In this document: positions 38,900 through 51,488 of the stretch, one piece after another
Layout: the number at the start of each line of letters is the position of its first letter
Numbering within the stretch: the first letter of the stretch is position 1
Origin: Octopus sinensis
Taxonomy: Eukaryota
NCBI RefSeq assembly: GCF_006345805.1
Contig: NC_043020.1
Coordinates: forward strand, 26,474,001 to 26,538,000
Reading direction: 5' to 3'
DNA: 64,000 nt
Notes under the pieces: generated by a model
Seen by the model: only the letters and a program-made list of their open reading frames with translations
What the model was told of the DNA's origin: nothing
Database searches by the model: none
Translations under genes and position numbers: made by a program

Positions 38900-39261
38900 T
38901 TATTTATTAGCTCTGCCTTAGCGGAGGCAGAGGTATTGTTTTCAGTGATGTTTGTTTGTCCGTGGACAAGATATCTCAAGAACTGCTGGATGGAACTGCA
39001 GGAATGTTTGGCCTCATGACTGACATAAACTGATTAAATTTTGGGATTGATCCGGTACCGGAAAAAAATTCTGGATTATTTTTCCTGTTTTTTTTTTACT
39101 TAATTTTTGAGAGCAGTTGGGTTCAGTTTTAGTATTCTCGTTTGTGAGAGCAGTTGAATTTATTTCGGATATTCTCATTTAAAAAATTATCTCTGGCTAA
39201 TTGTCGAGCAGACATTGGCGTTACCTTGGCAGAGGTCTGTGCTCTCTCAGTTCTCTTGTTT
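38900..39261 (+). mobile_element. Helentron-associated non-autonomous element (HINE/DINE-1-like)
   Basis: 5' CTCTGCCTTAGCGGAGG, GTTTGTTTGTCC, 3' CCTTGGCAGAGGTCTGTGCTCTCTCAGTTCTCTTGTT; second copy at 63458-63822. Confidence 0.7.
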
Positions 39262-39409
39262 AAATTGTTTTAAATCAATCAAACATTTTCCTTTAGCTTC
39301 AAGTTGTCAATGATGTGATTGTTTATTTTAGAATGACATTGTAGGGTAAGTGTGAGAGGCAGGAACTGGCCACTTTGAACATAAAACAGAATATGTTGAC
39401 CGGATGTGA

Positions 39410-40080
39410 AATCATAGTTGTGGCCGATGCCAGTATGGCACGTAAAAAGCACATTTCTAATGTTGGGCCTCACAGAGACAGTGACAAGCGACTGAGACCT
39501 TTGACCATATACTGTCCTTCAAAAGACCTGTCGAGCCAAGTGAGATCGTAGTTGAGGCTGATGCTGGTGTCGCATACCTGGCAGATAGAAACCACCCTTT
39601 AAACTTTGGACCTCAGGGAGGCTGTGATAAGTGACCAAGGCCTCTGGTGATATACCGTGCTTGAGAAGACCTGTGAAACCAAGTGAGATTGTAGTTGTGG
39701 CCAATGACAGTGTTTCGTAACTGGCACCTATGCGATTGGCATTTAAAAACCACTCTTTGAATTTTGGGCCTCACGGAGGCAGTGACAAATGGCTGAGACC
39801 TTTGATGATATGCTGTGCTTGAAAATACCTGTCAAGCCAGGTGAGATTGTAGTCATGGCTGATGCTGGTATCTCATAACTGGCACCTGTGCTGGTGGCAC
39901 GTAAAAAGCACCCACTACACTCTTGGCGTGGTTGGCATCGGGAAGGACCATCTAGCTGTAGAAACCCATACTAAATCATATTGGTACCTGGTGCAGATTT
40001 GCACCTTACCAGCTTTCAGTCAAACTGTCCAACCCATGCCAGCATGGAAAACGGACATTAAATGATGATGATGATGATGA
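39410..40080 (+). mobile_element. SINE family B preceded by three tandem modules of about 145-155 bp
   Basis: CCA(A/G)GTGAGAT(C/T)GTAGT at about 39536, 39680 and 39837, then the standard family B body and (TGA)n tail. Confidence 0.75.
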
Positions 40081-40209
40081 GGCCCGTTTAATTGGTAAAA
40101 GGCTGAGGGTTAAGATAACAAGTTAAAAAAAAACATAATAAAAGCAGAAACTGCATTGCATGAAGAAGAATTGGTTTTCTTTGTTTTATAATTGAAGCAA
40201 CCAAGGTGG

Positions 40210-40585
40210 GGCTCTTTCTCTCATAAAGTAGCAGTAGTAGTAGTAGTGGTGGTGGTGGTAGTGGTGGTAGTGGTAGTGGTAGTGGTAGTGGTAGTGGTAG
40301 TGGTGGAGGTGGTGGTGGTGGTGGTAGTAGTGGTAGTGGTGGTGGAGGTGGTGGTGGTAGTTGTAGTAGTGGTAGTAGTAGTGGTGGTAGTGGTAGTAGT
40401 AGTAGATGTAGTAGTGGTGATGGTAGTAGTAGTAGTAGTAGTAGTAGAGGTAGTAGTGGTAGTGGTAGTAGTGGTGGTGGTGGTGGTAGTAGTAGTAGTA
40501 GTAATAGCCGTGGTGTTGGTAGTAGTAGTAGTAATAGTCGTAGTAGTAGTGGTAGTAGTGGTGGTAGTAGTAGTGGTTGTAGCAG
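40210..40585. repeat. (GTA/GGT)n trinucleotide repeat
   Basis: Direct reading. Confidence 0.95.
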
Positions 40586-40822
40586 CAGAGATAATCTGTC
40601 AGAATAGAACATTTGTTTATATTTTGAAATACAGATGCATCCTCTTGAAGTTTCGAGATTTCAATGATGCTAATTGTTTAGTCTTAGAATGGCATTGTAG
40701 GGTTGAGGTGAGAGGCCAGATCAGGCATAAAACAGGGTTAAATATTTTGGTCCCTGATATGACTTGTTTCAATGCTGCTGCGTTGACCCTTTAGTATTCA
40801 TCTTACTCTGTCAATGTAACAC

Positions 40823-41196
40823 TCTTTACTCTTTAACTTGTTTCAGTCATTTGACTGTGGCCATGCTGGAGCACCACCTTTAGTTGAGAAAATCGACCCC
40901 CAGGACTTATTCTTTGTAAGCCTAGTACTTATTCTATCAGCTTCTTTTGCCAAACTGCTAAGTTACGGGGACGTAAACACACCAGCATCGGTTGTCAAGA
41001 GATGTTGTGGGGACAAACACAGATACACAAACATATATATACGACGGGCTTCTTTCAGTTTCCGTCTACCAAATCCATTCACAAGGCTTTGGTCGGCCTG
41101 AGGCTATAGTAGAAGACACTTGCCCAAAGTGCCATGCAGTGGGACTGAACCCGGAACCATGTGGTTGGTAAGCAAGCTACTTACCACACAGCCACT
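40823..41196 (-). mobile_element. SINE family A, near full length
   Basis: Reverse complement of the consensus. Confidence 0.9.
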
Positions 41197-42674
41197 AGTG
41201 ACATTTCATTTATCTCTTTGTTCTGAGTTCAAACTCTGCTGAAATTGATTTTGCCTTTTGTGTTTTCTAGGCCAAGTAGCAGTCATGTACTGGGGTTGAT
41301 GGAATCAACTAATCACCTCCCTACAAAATTTTGGGCCTTATGCCTATAGTAGAAAGAATTGTTGCTGCTGTTGTTGCTAAGGTGGTGAGGTGGCAGAATT
41401 GTTAACATCCTGGGTAAAGTAGTTTGTATGTCTTTGTGATTTGAGTTCAAATTCCACTAAGTTCAACTTTTCCTTTTATCCTTTCAGGGTCTATAAAATA
41501 AGTAGCAGTCATATACTGGGGTTGATGTAATCAGCTCCCACCCCTCAAAAACTGCTGGCCCCGAGGCCAAAGATTGAAACCCTTATTACCTTATCCAACT
41601 TGTCTCTTCTCCTTTAAAGTAATGTTTATACAGTATTGGGTGATGTGAGGGAGATGTGGCTGCTATGTTTAGCAAGTGACGCAACCATGGTGTGGCTCTT
41701 TCTTTCATGTACACATGTAAAGGGTAAAGAGGTGAATGAACATGGAATTGCACCTAGAAAGTTACCCTCCGAGGCACAAGTCTGGGCAAGGTTATTTATA
41801 GAAGACCAGCAGTCGTCCATGCATACCAGCCTCCTGTCTCCACACCACCGATGTTATCCCAGGGAAAGGCAAAGGGGCCGACACAGCTTGGTACCAGTAA
41901 CGTTGCAACTCATTTCTACAGCTGTGTCAACTGGAGCAACGTGAAAATAAAGTGTCTTGCTCAAGAACACAACAGACAGCCCAGTCCAGGAATTGAACTC
42001 AGTATCTCATGGTTGTGAGCCCGATGCTTTAACCACTGAGCCATGCACCTTTACATCTAGTAATAATTATTGTTGTAGTTGTTGTTTAACGCTTGGTCGG
42101 CTTTGATTCGGAAGACTTATGATCAGGAGTTTTCCAGTTATGACTCTCTCTCTTTGCTATTTCCATAAGTCACAGTGTATCTAGGGCTACATTATCCAGT
42201 GTGTCTGAAGGCACTAGCCCAGGGTGCTGTGTAGTTGGACTGAACCCGAAACCATATGGTTGCAAAACAAGATTCTTGACCACACAGCCATGCTGAAAAC
42301 TAATCAAACATATTTTCCTTTTGAACAAACCTAAATTAATCACCAATTAATTGCTTAATTAAGAAAACACATGGCTTCTTAGGTATATGCGTGCATTTGA
42401 CTTTGTGTATGTAGGTGTCTGTGTTTTTAATGTAAAGTGTATGTATTCTTTTGTTTCAGTCATTTGACTGTGGCCATGCTGGAGCAGTGCCTTTAGTTGA
42501 AGAAATCAACCGCAGGGCTTGTTCTTTGTAAGCCTGGCACTCATTCTAGTGGTCTTTTTTTGCTGAACCTCTAAGTAATGGGTGCATAAACACATCAACA
42601 TTGGTTGTCAAGCAATGGTGGTGGAGACAAACACAGACACACAAACATATATATATATATATATATATATACAT

Positions 42675-42962
42675 ATCACGTGATCACGTGACCGACCAGA
42701 CCATCAGATGTAGTTACACATCGCTGGTCACAATGCGTTCGCATTGTTTTAGCCTTTGAATGACGCCACCCTGCTGGCTAAGCAAGCAGGCCAACAGAAG
42801 AAAGAGTGGTGAAAGAGTACAGCAGGGATCCCCTGCCGGAGCCTCATGGAGCTTTAAGGTGTTTTCGCTCAAAAAACACTCACAACGCCCGGTCTGGGAA
42901 TCAAAACTGTGATTCTACGACCGCGAGTCCGCTGCCCTGACCACTGGGCCATTGCGCCTCTA
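42675..42962 (-). mobile_element. tRNA-derived SINE, family D head with a distinct body
   Basis: Head reverse complement GAGGCGCAATGGCCCAGTGGTCAGGG...GTTTTGATTCCC; tail (CACGTGAT)2. Confidence 0.75.
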
Positions 42963-43516
42963 CATATATACATATATATATCTATATATACACATATGTA
43001 TATACATATATAGCAGTTGTGGCAGATACAAGTGTCATGCAAATTGGCATCTCTGCCAGTGGCACATAAATGCACTCTGGTGTCCCACAAATGGCACGCA
43101 TGTCAGTGGCATGTAAAAGTACCCGTTACACTCTCAGAGCGGTTGGCATTAGGAAGGGCATCTAGCTGTAGAAAACCATGCCAAATCAGACTGGAGTCTG
43201 GTGCAGCCTTCCAGTGTGCCAGCCCACTCAAACTTTCCAACCCATGCCAACATAGACAACAGACGTTAAATGATGATAATGATATACAACAGGCTTCTTT
43301 CAGTTTCCATTTACCAAATCCACTCACAAAGCCTTGGTTGTCTATAATGTTTGGGGCAGGTGTGGCAAGACACTGGTTTCCCAATCACATGGTTCCAAGC
43401 ACAGTCCCACTGAGTGGCCCCTTGGACAACTGTCTTCTGTAACCCTAGGCAGCTCAAAGACTTTTAAGTGGATTTCATAGATGGGAACTGAAAGAAGCCC
43501 ATCGTGTGTGTATGTG

Positions 43517-43557
<41 letters not shown>

Positions 43558-43589
43558 GTGTTAGACGGAAACTGAAAGATGCATGTCTC

Positions 43590-43625
<36 letters not shown>

Positions 43626-44154
43626 GCACACACATATATACAGTGTACATTTAAACATATAACAGATGGCCATAATAGGACATCTAACCCGCTAGAAGGA
43701 GTAGTTAAAAGCCAAACCACAATTAGGGGTAATTTCAAAGGGAAATGAAAAATAAAAGCATTTACCATTTTATTTTTCATTCCCTTTTAAAATTACCCCT
43801 TATTCTGGTTTTTTTTTCTTCTGTGTATAGATATGTTTACTCTTAGCATCAACATTAAAAAATGTCAATCATTATTGACATTCATCTCTGCTACTCTCTG
43901 TCATCTGCTCAGTAACATACTAAAAAAAAAATGTTGCTACCATTATTGTTTCTCTTCCTTCACTCCCTTTGTCGCCTCCATTGCTGCTTTTTCTATTTAC
44001 ACACCATTGGTCACATTGCCATGAGCAAACAGAGGCAATGTATAATAATGAGGGCTCTTAAATTTTGCAAGCAACCACAGGACAACACAGATGCTTTGAT
44101 AAAGTGTGCATTCTCTAAATATGTGGAAACAAGATAATGCTTTGAAGATCTTCT

Positions 44155-44562
44155 GGATCTTTTCGGTTTGAACGGCAGTTTTTTCTAGCGGTGTCATATG
44201 AAATTGTCACCCATAATTATGACCCTAGTATCGATCTATTGCATTCCAATCTGTTTTAGGGTTAGGGGGAAGGGTATCTTTTTTTTCTTTACAAATGTAA
44301 ATAAACCCAATCTGTTTCTTAAATGAGGGACATATTCATACGGCACAGAATGTTTTTTTTACCTCAATAGACGTCATTGATTGGTTGAAATTGCAGAAAT
44401 TGAAGAAAAAAACCAACAAATATCTTACAAACCATAGAATTTTCTCAATAAAGCCAAGAGAAAAAGATGTTTCATAAACACATTCTACCATTATATGAAG
44501 TTTAAAGTTTTTTAGTTACCTAGAAATTATGTTAAAAACTGCCGTTCAAACCGAAAAGATCC
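44155..44562. mobile_element. Merlin-like MITE, second copy
   Basis: Same TIRs; TSD GATCTTCT/GATCTTTT. Confidence 0.88.
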
Positions 44563-45249
44563 GATCTTTTAGCATTGCTGAGGACATGGTGATCCCTCTA
44601 GTGCTGGTGCCATTATAAAATGAACTCACTACACTCTGTTAAGTGGTTGAATTTTAGATAGAGTATCCAGCCATAGAAGCTATGCTGGAAATAAAATGTT
44701 TGAGTAAGGTGTGTGCCTTCAATTTGTTGCTATTAGGCAAAAGTGTAGTGAGTCCAAAACGTTGCTTTGTCAGAAAATGAATAAAATAGTTTTACCATTC
44801 CATAGCAAAACCTTTGTGCTTAAACTTTGAAAAGTTTTGACATCTTGGCATCTGAAGCAGCTGGAGATATGAGCGTTTGACCGAAAGAACCCCGGCTTTT
44901 GCAAGCAAAAATGCATTTGGCCAAATTTGGACATATGACAGTTTAACATAATAGCAACTAATTGGTGTTGCTGGGGCGGGCGGGGGTACCTCTGGCTAAG
45001 ATTCTGAGTTGAGTTATGGTGACCTGTTAGTCCCATGCCAGCAATGAAAGATGATGTTAATGATGATGTGCACACATATATACAGATGCATGGGGACTCA
45101 CACACACACACACACACACATGTGTGCACATACACACTTTTCATTGTTATGCTTCTCTCTTTCAGTATTTGCTCTCACTACTCCCCCCCCCCCGCCATTG
45201 ATGTCTTTATCACTTTCTTTAGTTTCAATCTTAATCTTTCCATATTGAA

Positions 45250-45837
45250 TGTCAAAACACACACACACACAAAACTGTCTTTCTCTCCCTTCATCAGACA
45301 CACTTAACTTCTCTCTCTCTCTCTTACTTTCTCTAACCTTTCCCCTTGTTCTTCTCTCTGTCTTTCACATATCTAACTCTCAAACTTTCCCTGGATACTC
45401 CCCCCTCCCTCTCTTTCTTATACTCATCTAACTATTCTCTCTATATCCTCTCTCTCTCTCTTATTCTCCTCTCTTTATCTCTCTCTCTTCCCTAATTCTC
45501 CTCATTTTCTCTCTCTCTTTCTCCCCTCTCTCTCTCCTCTAATTCTCCTCTCTTTCTCTCTTAATTCTCCTCTCTTTCTCTCTTTCTCCCCTAATTCTCC
45601 TCTCTATATCCTCTCTCTCTCTTCCCTAATTCTCCTCTCTCTCTCCTCTAATTCTCCTCTCCTTCTCTCTCTTCCCTAATTCTCCTCTCTTTCTCCCATT
45701 CAACTCTCAAAACTTTCTCTCCACACTCAACAGCATTCTATTCTCCTTCATACTTATTCCCTTCCTCTAATTGTAACACCAATTAAACACACACACACAC
45801 ACACACACACAAAGGATCTTATGCATTCCTCTCTCTG

Positions 45838-45873
<36 letters not shown>

Positions 45874-45966
45874 CCCATTTCCCATTTCTTCTTAAGTCTC
45901 ACTTCCTGTTATTAAAAGCATCTCTCTGTCCTTCTCTCTCTTCCTCTCTTTCATACAGGCACACTC

Positions 45967-46001
<35 letters not shown>

Positions 46002-46400
46002 ATAGGATGTGACTTGAACTTAACTTTTCCCTCTCACTCTTCCTCCTCCCCTATCTTCTCCTTCCTCTCTCTCTCTCTTCCTCCTCCTCCTAACTTCTCC
46101 TCCCTCTCTCTTCTCTCTCTAAAGAATACAATGTGACTTGGACTTAACTTTTCTCCTCTCCATCCCTCCCTTTCTCTCACCACTCTCTCTCTCCTCCTTT
46201 CTGTCTCTCCCTCCCCCTCTCTCTTTCTCACATGCACATAAACCACCCCACCTCTCATTCCAACTTTCCTCCTCCTCCTCCTTTCTCTCTCTCTCTCTCT
46301 CTCTTCCCACCCCTCCTCATCAGTCTTCCACTCCTCTTCTCCATCATATGGGCTGCATGGTATTTTTTTTAGCCCTCCTACACACACACACACTCACACA
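45250..46400. repeat. CT-rich tract with a CTAATTCTCCTCTCT minisatellite (about 45450-45690)
   Basis: About 8 YTAATTCTCC units. Confidence 0.85.
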
Positions 46401-46891
46401 CTCATAGTTCCTCACTCTCTCTCCTCTCATCATTAGTAGTATCAGAATTACTACTACTACTACTACTACCATCATCGTCATCACTACTACTTTTGAACTC
46501 CACTTACTATGAACACACACACACACACACACTAGTCAGTACTTTGAACTATGTGGTTACAATTTTTTTGTTTCTTTTAATTCTTTGCTTGTCTCATACT
46601 CACTTTCTCTCTAACTGACACACCCATTTATCCACACACACACACACACATACACATATACCCACACATACATACACACACTCATACACCCACATATATA
46701 TATACATATACACTCATATATGTATGTACATGTTACTTTATCTCTACTCTTTTAAATATTCTGCAAAAACCTACCATTAATTATATATATATATATACAC
46801 TGACAAATATATATACATACTGAAACACACACACACACACATATATATATACTGTCATATATACACATGTGTATACGCACCACAAATCATC

Positions 46892-46946
<55 letters not shown>

Positions 46947-47058
46947 ACATCCTCTTTGTAGTGCTAAGAAAAAAGTTTTTATACATTCTAATATACACAT
47001 ACACTCACACATATATATTAACTGTCTTCATACATGCACACATTCACACTCAAAAACG

Positions 47059-47090
<32 letters not shown>

Positions 47091-47462
47091 CACATGTATA
47101 TATATTTTTAACATATAAACACTGTTTTTCTCTTTCCTCTCTCTCTCTCTCCCTCAACACACGCTGGCACTTTTCATATCCGCCACATATACTCACAGAG
47201 AATAGACAGTGAGATCCAAGTTTTATACATATATCACTCATAAACGACACTATATACATTTATATATACATTCATATACATACATATATACATAGACAAA
47301 AACATTATTGTATATATATATATATATATATATTTTCAAATCAGAGTGTTCATCAAACTTTATCATAATCTATACATACATACATGTAATTCCTCACACA
47401 CCTACACACACACATACATATACACACATCTGCATATACATACATATGTATATATATTCTTT

Positions 47463-47516
47463 TCACTGTGCTTGTTGCATCATTTCTTCAGTTACCAATT
47501 CTTCTGCAAGTTTCAA
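47463..47516 (-). CDS. Alternative candidate: minus-strand exon LKLAEELVTEEMMQQAQ* (or a 21-nt microexon 47496-47516)
   Basis: 100-nt pyrimidine tract plus TTTTTAG acceptor on the minus strand; GAA-rich; internal donor TTG|GTAACT; upstream donor GTAAGT at 47759. Confidence 0.25.
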   Translation of the reverse strand: MKLAEELVTEEMMQQAQ

Positions 47517-47730
47517 CTAAAAACCAAAAAAAAAAAAGAAAAAGAGAAAAGAAAACAACAAAAAAAAAGAAGAAAAACAGAAAAGAAAAAGAAAAAGAAA
47601 AAGGGAAAAAAAAGACGAAAATTTTTCAGTTTCTTTTTTTCTCCTTTTTCCTTTCTGCGAATATTTTTTTGTTTGCTTTTTTTCTTTTTTTTTTTTTTCA
47701 AAATTCCTGCCTTGCCATTTTATTCCTTAG

Positions 47731-47829
47731 TCATTTTGCATGAGCACTTTGGTACTTACACCACTGACTACTACTACTTCTGCTATCTCTTTGGAACTTC
47801 GGTCTCAAATGATTACTGCCAAGACTCAG
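47731..47829 (+). CDS. Candidate 99-nt internal exon of an unidentified host gene
   Basis: About 100-nt U-rich AG-free tract, TTCCTTAG acceptor, CAG|GTTTGT donor; two open frames ([33 protein letters not shown] or [32 protein letters not shown]). No family recognised. Confidence 0.42.
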
Positions 47830-47866
47830 GTTTGTATTCCTCAAATTTGCTACACACACACACACA

Positions 47867-47907
<41 letters not shown>

Positions 47908-48244
47908 TCAAAGAAATACACACTTGCAGACACATACAAAGAAACTAAACACAGATACCTTTGCTACCATTATTTATCATATGTACTCAATACTGGTATA
48001 CACACACAAATATATATATATATACACACATATATACACATATATACATATATATGCATATACATATCTGTATATATATATACATAGACATGTATATATA
48101 TACATATATATACATATACATATATATACATATACATATATATGCATATACATAGACATGTATACATATACATATATATACATATACATAGACATGTATA
48201 CATATACATATATACATATACATATATATATGTATATAAATACA

Positions 48245-48296
<52 letters not shown>

Positions 48297-48604
48297 TTAT
48301 ATATATACATATATATGTATGTAATATTTTTACAAGAGAAAGGGTGGTACTAACTTTGAATTTTGGGTCGATAAATTAAGTACCAGTTGCGTACTGGGGT
48401 TGATCTAATCAACTACCCCTCCTCCCCCAAAATTTGAAGCCTTGTGCTTAGAGTAGAAAAGTTTGTTCAACAAAAAAGTAATACTTTGAAACCTTGAAGT
48501 TCTTGTTACCATTCTTGTGAAAGTATGATAATATTATTGAGCACTTCTTTAGTTTCATGTGAAATTCTTTTTATTATAACTCACCATAAAAAGTAAACTT
48601 GAAC

Positions 48605-48639
<35 letters not shown>

Positions 48640-49453
48640 GAGCTGTGTGAACACAGGTTTGCAAAATAGATGAGAAAATAAGTTGTTAAAAGAAAAAGTC
48701 AAAAACTGATATGTAACTATTTTTTGGGGAAAAATAGCTTAATTTTTAAATTTTAGTTTATTTTAAGCTGTATTTAAATATACATGTTTTTTCCAAATTT
48801 CTTTGACAGGCATATAGTCATAGGAATTTTGTGGTACATGCACACACACACACATATACATGTGTATATCTACATACATAAAAACTGATGGGTGTGTATA
48901 TATATGTATAGATAGATAGATTATATTATATGATTTTTTTTGCTATAAAACTTATAATGTATCAATATGTATGTATATGTATATATTTTCCTAGTTATCT
49001 ATCTCTATGGGCATGGCTATATATATATATATATATATATATCTGTACCTATATGTGTATGTGGAAAACTTTCTTCAAGTTTCACACAAGAATTTCGGTT
49101 TCCAAATTCTAGTTTCTCCTCACGGTTCCTGAAGAAAATTCAAGATTTCAAACAGGAGTTCTTCACTGAAACTTTGATCACTGGATATATAGGCTTTTGG
49201 CCCAAATCCCTGCAAGTCATGTCTGACATAACAGCACACGACCTGATGAAATCCTGTTAAGTAATTTTAAATTAAGGTCTTGCTTGGGGTAACGTGGCCC
49301 ATTTAGGTTGGGACTTTCAGGACAAGTATTTAGTATAACATCATTCTGTATTTATATAAATTATTTCGTTTGTTATTGAGTCCATATATGACAATCCGTT
49401 TAATCTTCACATTTAGATAATATTTAGATAATATATATATATGTGTATATATA

Positions 49454-49502
<49 letters not shown>

Positions 49503-49571
49503 TGTATATCATTTAATGTCTGCCTTCCATGCTGGCAGATGTGGACAAATATGTGTATATGTATTTGTGTG

Positions 49572-49606
<35 letters not shown>

Positions 49607-49785
49607 GTGTGTGTGTGTATATATGTATATATATATATATGTGTATGTATGCATGTAGATATATAAATACGTGTGTGTATATATATATATATACACAAGT
49701 ATATATATGTATTCATAGTATATGTATTATATAAATTGTGTTTTAAATATATACTACATATGTTTTATATAAATATATGTGTGTG

Positions 49786-49816
<31 letters not shown>

Positions 49817-50336
49817 CCATATATACACCCACATTAGCACACTGTATAATCTAGACCATTAAGCACCAATCCCCTCCCCCATTTCACTCTACCCTACAGA
49901 AAAAAAGGGACTTGGCATATATAAATTCCTCCCTTTGAGATTTGGTTTCTTGACAAACATGGCTACTGCACAGTTGTGTGTTTTTTCTTTTTGTTTTTTG
50001 TTTTTCTCCCGCCATAGTTTGCTGAGAAAGTCTTGAAAGTTGTCAGAACTTTAGAGTGTCACCGTTTGAAATGTAGGAATATTTTCACTAAGTGGCCAAT
50101 GCTTTGTTTGTTCCATGTTGGTTTTGTTTTGTTTATAGCATAATTTATAAATATATATACATATATATGATATATATATGTCTGTATATATTGTCTCCTG
50201 TATATATGTGTGCGTGTATATATAAACATCAATCTTTCTTTCTTTAACAATCAGTTTATATAAATCACACACGTTTTGATAGATAAATGTGTGTGTGTGT
50301 ATATATAATATATATATATATATGTGTATGTATATA

Positions 50337-50372
<36 letters not shown>

Positions 50373-50923
50373 CGAATATAAACAAGAAGGGTAGTAATAA
50401 TAAGTTACTGCCAGATATATATGCATATATTGGTGCTGGTTGTTTATGTGGCCGTAACTTAGTGGTTCGGCAAAAGAGACCAACAAAGAAAGTACCAAAC
50501 TTTAAAAACAGCAGTACTGGGGCCAAAACAGTCGATCAAAAATTTCTTACTGCGGTGCTCCAGCATGGCCACAATCCAATTATTGAAACAATTCAAAAAG
50601 TTATGTGTGATATATGTGCACGAATATATATATATATATATATGTGTGTGTGTATATGTGTGTGTCTGCATATATGTGTGTGTGTGTATATATGTATATA
50701 TATTTGTGTGTGTGTATATATAGATAGGTTGACAGATAGATAGCTGTGTATGTATTTTATATATTTAATCGCAAAAGCTGGAAAGCTACTCAAGGGCCTC
50801 GTGTTTCCTGTGTCACACATATCAAGTGTCCTGCATGAAACTCTCAGCACTTGAGTCACTTGGTAGCTTCTTCTGTTAATTAAAAAAAAAACAGCATATA
50901 TATATATATATATATATATACAT

Positions 50924-51320
50924 ACTAGCAGAATTGCCCGGCGTTGCTCGGGTTTGTTTAGACCCTTTAGAATTGGAATTTTGAAAAGTATAGATTTTGC
51001 ATTGTGTAGCTTGTTATTCTCTTTAAGTGAACATTTTTCTGGTTGAAATACACCGAAAACTGGCGACACAGCAGTCAAAAAATCGTAAAAAATAGGGATT
51101 TTCATATAAAAAAAAGCACCTTTTTGATGTAAATAATTTTTGGTATTAACATGGTCCGATTTGAATTTTTCTTCTATGGAAGGAAGAGTAAGCCTTATTC
51201 TATCATACTCTCATTTTGGTCAACTTGTGCTGCAGGGTCTCGGAGGAGATAGTGTTAGTTGAAGGCTACCAAACCTGCCATAAACAGACAACTTCAGCTT
51301 TATATATATATATATATATA
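50924..51320 (+). mobile_element. Helitron/Helentron-type non-autonomous element (Lep1-like ends)
   Basis: 5' ACTAGCAGAATTGCCCGGCGTTGCTCGGG hairpin; 3' ACAGACAACTTCAGCTTTATATAT. Confidence 0.6.
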
Positions 51321-51488
51321 ATAACTCCTGTTATTCAAATATTTCTGTTTAAATGAACTAAACAGGGAACAACAACAACAACAGCAGCAACAATAGACTC
51401 TATACAGTTTCACCATTAACGTGGATTGAGCATGCCAGCATGATCAGTTTGTGGACATACAGACAGATATATATATATATATATATAT

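Noticed and set aside
43931-44137. 68-aa ORF with a signal-peptide-like start (MLLPLLFLFLHSLC)
   Set aside because: Hydrophobicity comes from a pyrimidine tract; no recognisable domain or promoter, and it abuts a MITE.
48348-48354. Perfect TACTAAC
   Set aside because: No pyrimidine tract or acceptor follows; it abuts a SINE fragment.
50018-50072. Strong + acceptor (CCGCCATAG) followed by [17 protein letters not shown]
   Set aside because: No credible donor (AAT|GTAGGA only); kept as a weak possibility.
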